The position numbers and the translations under genes are program-made. Shown here one piece after another: positions 48,144-56,750 of a DNA stretch of 64,000 bases (within the stretch, counting starts at the first letter, position 1; each line of letters opens with the position of its first letter). The notes below the pieces were generated by a model. It was given only the letters and a program-made list of their open reading frames with translations. It made no database searches and was not told the origin of the DNA. The stretch covers positions 27,469-91,468 of IMG/VR virus record IMGVR_UViG_3300050821_007139. One strand, given 5' to 3'. The DNA is from a virus.

Positions 48144-48590
48144 ATGCGCGTAGCTTTCGATCTCAAAGTCGCGTTTCCAAGCATCTCAAAGTATATTCCA
48201 GAGCCGACTTCAATTCACGCCAAGAACGGCCTAAGATACGAGCGAAAGGTAGTTAAAGCCCTAAGTAAAGCTTATTTATTATCACACAACCCTTGGTATT
48301 TCTTTGAAGATATGAACGGCCCGGGCCATATCGTCCCTGATGCTATAATTGAATATCAAGATCAGCTAATAATTATCGAAATAAAGCTGACCTACACCGC
48401 TGAAGCAATCTTCAAATTGCGAAACCTATACTGCCCCGTCATAAGCTATGCTACAAATAAGGAAACTTTACCTTTAGTTATAACCAAAAATCTAACTTCA
48501 GCGTCGCCAAATCCAGCCTTCAATGTCTCCTCAGCTTTAATTAACCCCGAGCCACTCTTACATTGGCTAGGGAAAGGGAATTTAGATTAA
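48144..48590 (+). CDS. PD-(D/E)XK nuclease-like protein
   Basis: G..YE, PD, IEIK. Confidence 0.65.
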   Translation: MRVAFDLKVAFPSISKYIPEPTSIHAKNGLRYERKVVKALSKAYLLSHNPWYFFEDMNGPGHIVPDAIIEYQDQLIIIEIKLTYTAEAIFKLRNLYCPVISYATNKETLPLVITKNLTSASPNPAFNVSSALINPEPLLHWLGKGNLD

Positions 48591-48600
48591 GAACCCTTTC

Positions 48601-48630
48601 AAGCCCCTATGGCTATCGTAGGGGCTTTTT
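48601..48630 (+). terminator. Rho-independent terminator
   Basis: AAGCCCCTA-N9-TAGGGGCTT followed by TTT. Confidence 0.8.
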
Positions 48631-48795
48631 GCGTTTCGGCCCGACATCTCCCATTGCCCCATGTACTTATCTTCTATAACCTCGCCTCGGATCAGTGTGT
48701 TTTAGTAGCCTGGCGTTCCCCCTGATGCAATTTTCCGCATAGCCATGCTTTCTCTTTAGAGCTAAGATACACTGATCCAAAGCAAAGGAAATTAA

Positions 48796-49029
48796 ATGTC
48801 TTGCTTCAGTGAACAGTTTTGCATTGAGTTAGTAATTCTCTTTGCACTAATCATGATTATAAGGTTGGTTGTTCCAGCACTTTTAAATTTCTTCGGCCTC
48901 GGCGGCGTCGTAGCTCAAGTTATATCTATAATCTTGTGGGCAATTATAACTATAGTTGGGATCAAAATACTGTGGGTGTTATTTAGTTGCTTATGGTCGT
49001 CTATGGGCGCAAGCGGGATGAAGTTCTAG
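48796..49029 (+). CDS. Small membrane protein
   Basis: Two hydrophobic helices; AAAGGA SD. Confidence 0.65.
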   Translation: MSCFSEQFCIELVILFALIMIIRLVVPALLNFFGLGGVVAQVISIILWAIITIVGIKILWVLFSCLWSSMGASGMKF

Positions 49030-49039
49030 TAAAGCTCCA

Positions 49040-49861
49040 ATGGCTATTGAATTCCCACGGCCCCAATTACCAGCCAAGATAGCCCTTGGTATGTTTTGCG
49101 ACGCCAAGTTAAGCTTATTCGAGTGGTGTTCACCCAAGTCAGCCCGGGTAGAGTCGGGTTTAGCTTGGCTAACTGAGCGCGCCTTTGCTGGCACTGTAGA
49201 TCAAAATTTCTGGTGGGTCGGCCCCGACTTTAGTGCTTGCGCTCAAGCACTAATAACTTTAAAGAACGCCCTAAGCCCCGGCTCATTTACTATCCCTTCC
49301 CGCACGCCTGCCCTGACTTTGCTCAACGGTGCGATGCTCCACTTCCGCCCGGCCGAAAACCCGAACGTGTTATACGGCGACTCTGTTTACGCCTGCGTAC
49401 TTGATCAAGCAGTTCATGTTAGCGAAAAAAGCTATCGGGCCTTGCAGGAAACCCTTGCTAATACTCGCGCGCCTTGGCGGATTACAAGTACAGTGGGCGG
49501 AAGAGCAAATTGGTTTAATGAGCTTGCGCGCGAATCTGAGGACGATCCGACTTCCGGTATCTTTTACACCCGGTTCAATGCTCTCGATGCGTGCGAAGCA
49601 GGGTTATTGGCTCAGGAGGATATAGATTACGCCCGGGCGACCTTACCTGACCATATGTTCCGGGCGCTATATCTAGCCCAGCCTTATGACGATAGAATCG
49701 AAGCCGCTTATAAAGCCTCCGATCCGAGAATCATGCGCGATGAAGAGCTGGCTATCATAGCCGGATTAAATCCCGAATCTATCAATTCTATTTCCGATGG
49801 TGAGCTTCTTAAACTCATTCATCCTAACCTGAACGAAAGTAATTCCACTCTCGTTCATTAA
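49040..49861 (+). CDS. Degenerate terminase large-subunit ATPase-domain paralog
   Basis: WWVGP, L.NGA...F..AE.P..LYG..V.A.VLDQA, G..NWF, LP...FR.LY.A; Walker A GKT absent; no nuclease domain. Confidence 0.75.
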   Translation: MAIEFPRPQLPAKIALGMFCDAKLSLFEWCSPKSARVESGLAWLTERAFAGTVDQNFWWVGPDFSACAQALITLKNALSPGSFTIPSRTPALTLLNGAMLHFRPAENPNVLYGDSVYACVLDQAVHVSEKSYRALQETLANTRAPWRITSTVGGRANWFNELARESEDDPTSGIFYTRFNALDACEAGLLAQEDIDYARATLPDHMFRALYLAQPYDDRIEAAYKASDPRIMRDEELAIIAGLNPESINSISDGELLKLIHPNLNESNSTLVH

Positions 49862-49881
49862 CTTGAAGGGAATTTAAGATC

Positions 49882-50076
49882 ATGCGTAATATGGGTAAAG
49901 AGGTTAACATCATTAGCGATTCGCCGCATATGCCGCAAGAGCACGGCGATAGTGCGATGCAGAATACCAGCGTTGGTTCCGGCTCCCGGCCGACTCCAAG
50001 CAAGTTCAAGATCGATACTTCGGCCCCGGAAGATCCACACACCCTGGGCCGTGATGTGCCCGGCAGCTTAAAATAA
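49882..50076 (+). CDS. Small disordered protein
   Basis: GAAGGG SD; 64 aa. Confidence 0.55.
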   Translation: MRNMGKEVNIISDSPHMPQEHGDSAMQNTSVGSGSRPTPSKFKIDTSAPEDPHTLGRDVPGSLK

Positions 50077-50085
50077 AGCCCTAAT

Positions 50086-50325
50086 ATGCCAGACGCTAAT
50101 AAATATGGGGGCAATGATTCCTGGGATGATTATGATAACACCAATACCCAAATAGCGCGTGATCATCCTAAGATTCCTATGCCTAAAATGCCTACTAAGA
50201 AAGACTTTACAAAATCCTTCGCCAAATCAAATCCTCCTATGACCGATGCTGAATTAAAGGAGGATTATGAAGGCATTCGAGCTGACAGAACTAGTGACAC
50301 CATAGCTCGTAAAGGAGGAACTTAA
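50086..50325 (+). CDS. Small protein, tandem paralog 1
   Basis: ANKYGGNDSWDDYDNTNTQ. Confidence 0.65.
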   Translation: MPDANKYGGNDSWDDYDNTNTQIARDHPKIPMPKMPTKKDFTKSFAKSNPPMTDAELKEDYEGIRADRTSDTIARKGGT

Positions 50326-50329
50326 TTCT

Positions 50330-50548
50330 ATGAATAGTAATGGCGCCAATAATTACGGTGGCAAAGACTCTTGGGACGACTACGACAATTCCAATACACA
50401 GTTGATCAAAGATCAAAAAAAATCAAAGCCTAAAAGTAAAGATTTGCCGATCTGGAACGATCCTAAAGATTCAAAATTGCCTCCGCCTAAGCAAGACCCC
50501 AATGCTTATGATTGGGGCCCGCCATTCGGGAAAAATTGGCCACTTTAA
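50330..50548 (+). CDS. Small protein, tandem paralog 2
   Basis: ANNYGGKDSWDDYDNSNTQ; AGGAGG SD. Confidence 0.65.
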   Translation: MNSNGANNYGGKDSWDDYDNSNTQLIKDQKKSKPKSKDLPIWNDPKDSKLPPPKQDPNAYDWGPPFGKNWPL

Positions 50549-50566
50549 TTCAAGGAGCCACTTAAA

Positions 50567-50842
50567 TTGTCAACCCAATATGCAACTAGTTATCTCAACC
50601 AACTGATATTTGCTGATAGAGATACTTCAATTCAGCTTCCTGATCCGACTAAAACTGGCGGCCCACTAGCTATCGGCGCCAAATTTACAGTTGAAGATAA
50701 TCTTGGAAGGGCCGGGGCCGCTAATATCGCCATTGTCGGCCCGATTAACGGCGGGACTACTGGGGTTTCAATTACTACTGCGTACAGTTCTATCGAATTC
50801 ACCTGGGTCGGCTCAACTTATACGCAAATTAACGGGCCGTAA
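50567..50842 (+). CDS. Small structural/fibre-type domain protein
   Basis: I.LP...G..F.VED..G.A...NI.I...ING motif; AAGGAG SD. Confidence 0.6.
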   Translation: MSTQYATSYLNQLIFADRDTSIQLPDPTKTGGPLAIGAKFTVEDNLGRAGAANIAIVGPINGGTTGVSITTAYSSIEFTWVGSTYTQINGP

Positions 50843-50854
50843 GTTGGGCCCGGA

Positions 50855-51053
50855 GTTGTTGGCGTTTGTGAGGGTTATCGTCCGTAAGGGGAATCCTGCA
50901 TGGTCGGTGGAGTATCGCCCGGCTTCTGATCCTAAACCCTCTTTCTCTGTGCCCACGTATTCCTGCGTTCTCAGGGAGCGATGAGCGTAGTCCATCACGC
51001 GAGCATCGTATTTGGGTGCCATACGGCTTCCACCCCCGTATGGCCGCACCCAA
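50855..51053 (+). ncRNA. Putative structured ncRNA, copy C of 3 (most divergent)
   Basis: TTGGCGT(50859), CGTCCGTAAGG(50879), GAGGG/CCCTC stem, CTCTGTGCC, TAGTCC and a TTTGGGTG...CACCCAA bulged hairpin at 51011-51053. Confidence 0.6.
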
Positions 51054-51085
51054 GGTTTTAATTAAACCTTTATGGAACTTAAATC

Positions 51086-51388
51086 TTGTCCACACTTTAT
51101 ATAGCTGAATTTAATAAACTCTTAGTTGATGCTGATGCGCAATCAGTCCTTGCGCCGAATTATCCAGCCTTGCGTGAACAAGTTGTAGCTATAGGCGGCG
51201 CTTCAACTCAATCAGTTATGATGGGCTCTGAGACTAGATTTGTCCAATTATCTACTGATGTTGTATGTTCCTTTGTAGTCGGAGTAAATCCTACAGCTAC
51301 TACTACTAACTCTCGTATGGCTGCTAATGAGACTCGATTTATTGGTATAGTTCCTGGTCTAAAAATTGCTGTAATTAGTAATTCATAG
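51086..51388 (+). CDS. Putative virion structural protein
   Basis: S.QS...TRFV...D..C....G.NPTA...E...I.PG.KIAVI pattern of small phage structural proteins. Confidence 0.6.
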   Translation: MSTLYIAEFNKLLVDADAQSVLAPNYPALREQVVAIGGASTQSVMMGSETRFVQLSTDVVCSFVVGVNPTATTTNSRMAANETRFIGIVPGLKIAVISNS

Positions 51389-51399
51389 AGATCCTAGCT

Positions 51400-52032
51400 A
51401 TGATGGGCTCACCACCACCACCAATTTCATCTAATGTCCAAGCTTTATCTGTATTGACTGAAATTGTTGATCTATTACGCAATGGGCCGAAAGACATTAA
51501 AGATCAAATTAAATCTCTTCAAGACTTACATAAAAGTGTTTCTGAAGAAGTGATAGCGCTAGATAAAGTTAAAATAGAACATTTAGCTTTAGCTAATACT
51601 AATACTAAAGCTAGCGAATCTTTATCTTCTCGTGAAGTAGAGATTAATAATAAAATCTCTTTGAATAACGAAAGAGAAGTTAAATTAAATAAATTTAATG
51701 AAGACTTACATACTCGTCAGCAGAAATTGAATAATGATACTAAAGAATTTGAAGCTTTAAAGAAGACCACTGCATCTGATCTTTCACAAAAACTTAAAGC
51801 TGCTGAACAAGAGATTGCTACTAAACTTCAAGTTTGTGATAAAGAAATTAAAGCCAAGCAAACCAAAGCTGATCAAGAAATAAAAACTAAACAAGAAGCT
51901 TTTAATGCCTCTTTAGAGACTCAGAGAGCCGAACTTGCTCAACAAGCAGCCAGAATAAGCTCTTCCGAATCTCAACTTCGCTCCCGAATGGAACAACTCC
52001 GTGCTGTATTGCCGAATTTCAATGGTGCGTAA
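51400..52032 (+). CDS. Coiled-coil protein
   Basis: Heptad K/E/Q/L-rich. Confidence 0.65.
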   Translation: MMGSPPPPISSNVQALSVLTEIVDLLRNGPKDIKDQIKSLQDLHKSVSEEVIALDKVKIEHLALANTNTKASESLSSREVEINNKISLNNEREVKLNKFNEDLHTRQQKLNNDTKEFEALKKTTASDLSQKLKAAEQEIATKLQVCDKEIKAKQTKADQEIKTKQEAFNASLETQRAELAQQAARISSSESQLRSRMEQLRAVLPNFNGA

Positions 52033-52035
52033 TAG

Positions 52036-52413
52036 GTGGCCAGTGAAAAAATCAGCGCAATGCCAGATGCGGGCGCGCTTACTGGTGCCGAACTTGTTCC
52101 CGTTGTTAGATTTGGTTCTCCAAATTTAAATCTTAGCACGACTGTAGCTGATATTGCCAATTCAGGGTCTTCTCTTGGTATAATTGAATACATCAATAAT
52201 ACTTCTGGTCTCCCTATAACATTCACTCTTCCATCAAGTCATGTTACAACTACAATCAAAGATGACGGATTTAATGCAACTTTATTCCATATTACTGTTG
52301 TAGACCCGGTGGGAAGCTTAATTGATAATAGCTCTAGCTTTGTTATTAACCAATCTGGGGCTGCTTTTACTTTTGTGTGGCAAAATGCGCGAAGCAAATG
52401 GAACGTATTTTAG
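52036..52413 (+). CDS. Fibre-type structural protein
   Basis: KISAMP.A..LTG.ELVP N-terminus plus TLP...IKD.G.NA...ITV...ID domain. Confidence 0.6.
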   Translation: MASEKISAMPDAGALTGAELVPVVRFGSPNLNLSTTVADIANSGSSLGIIEYINNTSGLPITFTLPSSHVTTTIKDDGFNATLFHITVVDPVGSLIDNSSSFVINQSGAAFTFVWQNARSKWNVF

Positions 52414-52691
52414 GTTTAAGTTTAGCTTTCAGTTTAATTATTGTCCACTTTTCTTATGCTGACGGGCCACAAGCTTGTAATGAGAAAGAAGATCCTGTTG
52501 TATGTATGCTTAAAGTCGAGCGTAATAATTCGCAAGATGAATTAGCTATTGCCCAAGGTACTATTATACGAACCTTGGATAAGGAGAAAGATCGTGCAGA
52601 GTATTGGAAGAAATGGGTGGAAGGGGATATTGAAAAGTCTGTCTGGTGGAATAGTTTCGTTCACGGTTTGCCTACTATATTCCGTAAGTAG
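52398..52691 (+). CDS. Signal-peptide protein
   Basis: MERILGLSLAFSLIIVHFSYA leader; Cys pair. Confidence 0.5.
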   Translation: MERILGLSLAFSLIIVHFSYADGPQACNEKEDPVVCMLKVERNNSQDELAIAQGTIIRTLDKEKDRAEYWKKWVEGDIEKSVWWNSFVHGLPTIFRK

Positions 52692-53322
52692 TTTTGCAGC
52701 TTATACAGGATCACCGCCGCTACTTGTAGCTAATGGTGGAACGGGTGCGCAAACATTTACTGCACATGGCGTGCTGTTAGGTGAAGGCACTAATCCGCTT
52801 GTTCCAACTGCAGTTGGCACGAACGGCCAAATGTTTCTTGGTGCTACTGCCGCTGATCCTGGGTGGCAGACAATGGGTGGCGATGCGACTCTAGGAACTA
52901 CAGGTACTTTGACTTTAGCTACCGTCAATGGTGCGGGCGGTAGTTGTACGCTTTGCAGTATTACCTCGAATGCTAAGGGATTAATTACTAGCTTTTCTAG
53001 TGGTGCGGCTACTATTCCAACACTTGCGACTGCCTCTGGTGCTTCGCCAATTACTATCACTGCAACTAATTTGCTTACTACGATTGTTTCTATGGGAACT
53101 CCTGCGGCATCAACAATCAATCTTCCTACTGCTGTCCAAACGGCCGGGTTCCGGCTGTGTGTTAAGGATGGAACTACGAATTTTGCTACAAATAATGCTA
53201 CGGTTAAAAGCCCAACTGCCGGCACAATTGATGGAGTTGCTGGTGCAACTGGTATAGTAATGAACCAAGCCCATCAAGAATTATGCTTCATCAGCGATGC
53301 TAGCAATTGGTTTATAGAATAA
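52630..53322 (+). CDS. Tail-fibre-like protein with signal peptide
   Basis: Probable TTG start 52630 after AAGGGG (MKSLSGGIVSFTVCLLYSVSSFA); VANGGTGA repeat; GDATL; NAKGLIT; C-terminal VKDG...IDG domain. Confidence 0.65.
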   Translation: MKSLSGGIVSFTVCLLYSVSSFAAYTGSPPLLVANGGTGAQTFTAHGVLLGEGTNPLVPTAVGTNGQMFLGATAADPGWQTMGGDATLGTTGTLTLATVNGAGGSCTLCSITSNAKGLITSFSSGAATIPTLATASGASPITITATNLLTTIVSMGTPAASTINLPTAVQTAGFRLCVKDGTTNFATNNATVKSPTAGTIDGVAGATGIVMNQAHQELCFISDASNWFIE

Positions 53323-53349
53323 TTTTCGTAATTCTTTAATTGCTACAAG

Positions 53350-53784
53350 ATGTCGCTAAATTTACGATGGGGACTTATTATTGGCGCTATTGTTTGTACT
53401 TTGTCATTATCAGTTCGTGCGGCTTATTTAGGAACTCCAACTTATATTATACCATGCGCCAATTGTTTATCTGGGACAGCAGATGTTACAACTACAACAT
53501 CAACAAGTCTTATTGCGGCGCCGGGAGCTAGTTTATTTATATATGTTACCCATATTAGTTGTTTTAACAGTAGTGTGACTAATACAACAGTAGTTCTACA
53601 AAATGGTAGTGCCGGGACAACTATTTGGAAAGGAATTGCATATGCGGGAAGTGGTTTTGTTGCTGACTTTTCCACTCCGCTTGGTGGATCGGTTAATATG
53701 ACTGCTAATACAGCACTCTTTTTTGCAGCAGGGACTGGCGTTACAACGTTAACCTGTAGTGCTGTTGGATATAAATCGTCTTAA
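53350..53784 (+). CDS. Signal-peptide structural-like protein
   Basis: Leader ending VRA; IAAPGA...YVT.I...N...ANTAL....GY. Confidence 0.6.
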   Translation: MSLNLRWGLIIGAIVCTLSLSVRAAYLGTPTYIIPCANCLSGTADVTTTTSTSLIAAPGASLFIYVTHISCFNSSVTNTTVVLQNGSAGTTIWKGIAYAGSGFVADFSTPLGGSVNMTANTALFFAAGTGVTTLTCSAVGYKSS

Positions 53785-53799
53785 TATGGAGATCAGGTT

Positions 53800-54156
53800 A
53801 TGAAAGGTTCAGTTACAGTATTTAGTGCTGCGACTTTGCTTATGATTGGTATTGCTGCGGCACAGGGTGCTTCAGTAAGTGGTAATCTATCAATTACAGT
53901 TCAACCTGGTGCTTTAGCACTAGTATTAAATCCTGCTACAGTTACGCTGACTTGTAATACAGCGGCCGGGACTCTAGTCAGCCAAGCGTCAACTACTGGT
54001 GGCGATGGAAACACGGTGACTTTTTCTATGACGGGGAACGTCACGGATTTTGCGATAAATTCTTCAACAGGTGCTATTACAGTAGTCGCCGGAGGTATTC
54101 ACCCCGCAGATTGTAATATGTCTTTTACAAATGTCGTTACTGCAACGCAACCATAA
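53800..54156 (+). CDS. Cadherin/Ig-like domain protein with signal peptide
   Basis: Leader ending AAA; TFS....DFAINSSTGAITV. Confidence 0.65.
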   Translation: MKGSVTVFSAATLLMIGIAAAQGASVSGNLSITVQPGALALVLNPATVTLTCNTAAGTLVSQASTTGGDGNTVTFSMTGNVTDFAINSSTGAITVVAGGIHPADCNMSFTNVVTATQP

Positions 54157-54166
54157 GATATTAATT

Positions 54167-55300
54167 ATGTATAGGCGCTTACATTTTTATGTAATCCCTC
54201 TGCTTGTATCTTTATGCTTTAATACACCTGCACATGCTGTAACGTATGTATTCTTTGCAACCGGAACAAATGCCAACTGGTGCCCTGGCGGCGCTACTAC
54301 TTGTTTTGGTGTTGGCGATACGATAACTGCGGAGTGTGTTGGGGGCGGCGGCGGAGGCGATGTCAATAGTAGCAGCACCAGTGGTTCAGGTGGCGGTGGC
54401 GCGGCCTACGCCCATACGGGAGCAACACCAGCAACAGTTGCCCAACGCACAGTTACATCTGGCGATATTGCTAATGGGATTCGATATACGGTCGGCCCTG
54501 GCGGCACGGGTGGTTCAACTGGAAGCGCAGGAACGGCAAGCACAGTTCTGGCTACAACTAGCACGTCTTTTGATACGACGATTTGCAATGCGGGCGGTGG
54601 CGGCGCAGGGTCAGTAACAGGGGCTGCTGGAACAGTTGGAACCTGCACGGGCTGCTCGGGATTTGCTGGCGGGGCCGCTGGTGGAGATGCTACAGGTTTT
54701 GGCGCGTCCGGAGGAGGCGGATCAGCTGGACCGCATGGAGTAGGTAAAAACGGTGGTATTGGTAATGCCGGAAGTGCTGTTGCCGGTTCCGGCGGGGGTG
54801 GAGGCGGCGCCGATGATACTTCCGCTACAGTCGGGAGTGCCGGTGCTAATGTTTCATCAAATATCGCTACGGGTGGGGCTGGAGGCGCTAATTCTGCTGG
54901 CTCAGGTGGCGGCGCTGGAGGTAACACAACAGGTGCGGGCGGCGCTGGTGGTTCAGGAACCAACGGTGGCGGCGGTGGCGGCGGTGGCGTAGGTTCCAGC
55001 ACAGGTATTAAAGGCGCTGGTGGTTCAGGCTCGGCTAGTAATTTGGATTGGGATGCTACACATGGAGTCAGCGGTGGCGGTGGAGGCGGGGCTGGAAATG
55101 CAGCTTCAGCTGTAACGGGTGGGGCTGGTGGAACGCCACCATGTTGTGGTGGTGGCGGAGGCGGGGGCGGTTCGGGAAATTTATCATCGATTGCTAATGG
55201 CGGGGCTGGCGGGGCCGGTGCTGCTGGCCTCATTATCTTCACCCGGACTTTAGCAGCAGCTGGTGTTCATCAACTTCTAATGCTCCATGTAGGAAACTAA
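54167..55300 (+). CDS. Glycine-rich fibre-like protein with signal peptide
   Basis: Probable start MYRRLHF...PAHA; ECVGGGGGG, YTVG.GG and GAAGLII glycine-rich domain motifs. Confidence 0.7.
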   Translation: MYRRLHFYVIPLLVSLCFNTPAHAVTYVFFATGTNANWCPGGATTCFGVGDTITAECVGGGGGGDVNSSSTSGSGGGGAAYAHTGATPATVAQRTVTSGDIANGIRYTVGPGGTGGSTGSAGTASTVLATTSTSFDTTICNAGGGGAGSVTGAAGTVGTCTGCSGFAGGAAGGDATGFGASGGGGSAGPHGVGKNGGIGNAGSAVAGSGGGGGGADDTSATVGSAGANVSSNIATGGAGGANSAGSGGGAGGNTTGAGGAGGSGTNGGGGGGGGVGSSTGIKGAGGSGSASNLDWDATHGVSGGGGGGAGNAASAVTGGAGGTPPCCGGGGGGGGSGNLSSIANGGAGGAGAAGLIIFTRTLAAAGVHQLLMLHVGN

Positions 55301-55305
55301 TTTCT

Positions 55306-56439
55306 ATGCGGTATGTAATAATATTATTATTTCTAATTTTGGTTGTCCTGGCTGGTGCTGCCGTTGCCGCTACGGTTCACGCTAATCTATTCATGACTGT
55401 GACGAGTGGGGGTGGGGGCGCATGCCCGAGGGGCAATAGCTTCGCGGATGGGTGTCCTGGCGCTCCGGTTCCGGCTACAGCTATTCAATATCCGAATATT
55501 CTAACGTCATATGGTGCTAACCGCCCGCCCTGGAATGTTGCGGGCGTCGATTACTATGTAGGGAAGCCGAATGATGGTCTAACACTAACAGATTGGCGAA
55601 CGATCCAGACGGACCCAAACTGGTCAAGTTGTGGTGGCGGGTGTTGGCGCTTCAACGGGACCACGCTTGTTATGGATCATTACGACTTCACGACGGGCAC
55701 GGCTGGTGAATGGAGCATATACACTACTAGTGCAGCCAGTATCACCATAACGAATAGCGTCATTGGCTGTAATGGCCCTACTGGCGGCTATGACGGAATT
55801 AACAGCCAGAGTAGTCCATTCGCCTTTGTATTTAAAAACAATACCGTCGATTTTACCAATTGTCAAGGACACGGTACTGGTATCGTCGGTATGGGTGGTC
55901 TCGGCTGCAGCGATTGTAGTATGGACTTCGAGTATAATTTTCTTAAATATATATATGCAGATCCATTTGGTATTGGCGGTACAATTACGAGTGTAATATA
56001 TAAGTACAACCTTATCGACACACCTGCGATATCCGATCCGACTTGCGGTAGTTGCATTCACATGAACAGTTTGAGCTTTCTTAACGGCCCATCGTATTCA
56101 AACGTCGTCGTAGCGTTCAATACCGTTTTCGCGAGTAAGAGTTACACGGGCGGCGAGTTCATGCAATTCTATTTCAATGCCGGCGGGACGGCTAATTCAC
56201 CAGTTCTCTCGAACAACACATTCCCATTCAGCGCTTGCGGATGTGTGTCGTATAATATTCACGGTACTGGAGGATATAGCCCAACCACCACGCTAGTTGG
56301 CGGTGGGACCAACAGCCAGAATTACTTTGATATTACCGGCAATGGCGGCTCGAATCCGTACTACCCAACTTCTATGATAGGTTGGACCAATACGGGTAAT
56401 ATAAATATGGTCACAGGTGCAACTATCACGCCGCCGTGA
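55306..56439 (+). CDS. Beta-helix-like protein with signal peptide
   Basis: Leader ending AVA; PPWNVAGVDYYVG; repeated YN/FN/NN rungs; many Cys. Confidence 0.65.
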   Translation: MRYVIILLFLILVVLAGAAVAATVHANLFMTVTSGGGGACPRGNSFADGCPGAPVPATAIQYPNILTSYGANRPPWNVAGVDYYVGKPNDGLTLTDWRTIQTDPNWSSCGGGCWRFNGTTLVMDHYDFTTGTAGEWSIYTTSAASITITNSVIGCNGPTGGYDGINSQSSPFAFVFKNNTVDFTNCQGHGTGIVGMGGLGCSDCSMDFEYNFLKYIYADPFGIGGTITSVIYKYNLIDTPAISDPTCGSCIHMNSLSFLNGPSYSNVVVAFNTVFASKSYTGGEFMQFYFNAGGTANSPVLSNNTFPFSACGCVSYNIHGTGGYSPTTTLVGGGTNSQNYFDITGNGGSNPYYPTSMIGWTNTGNINMVTGATITPP

Positions 56440-56499
56440 GCGAGTAGTGCCATTGGTGTTGGTAGTGCCACCTGCAATGCATATGCCGGGTCTTGTTAA

Positions 56500-56676
56500 T
56501 TGAGTGAAGATGTAATTTTACTAGAGCTTAGTGGCGATCCAATTTTACTGGAAGATTCTAGTGGAGATATTTTACTTGAGGTTCAACCTAGTCCTGGTCC
56601 TGGCGGTGAAATTATTTGGCCCACAGATTTCATAGCTAATATGGCTCGTTTTATGGGTAGAATGGGGTCAAGTTAA
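56500..56676 (+). CDS. Small protein with three ILLE repeats (not in ORF track)
   Basis: Hand translation MSEDVILLELSGDPILLEDSSGDILLEVQP... Confidence 0.55.
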   Translation: MSEDVILLELSGDPILLEDSSGDILLEVQPSPGPGGEIIWPTDFIANMARFMGRMGSS

Positions 56677-56750
56677 GTGAGAGTTAAATTGGCTCAAGTC
56701 TTGATTTGTGTTTATATTCTATTTCTTAGACGTTACTTGGGGCTTTAATT

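Noticed and set aside
50691-51095. Three short ORFs overlapping RNA copy C
   Set aside because: No SD or coherent protein features; conservation with copies A and B is at the nucleotide and structure level.
54406-55242. 278 aa Pro-rich ORF on the - strand
   Set aside because: Antisense shadow of the Gly-rich gene (GGN codons read as Pro/Ala/Thr on the other strand); against operon direction.
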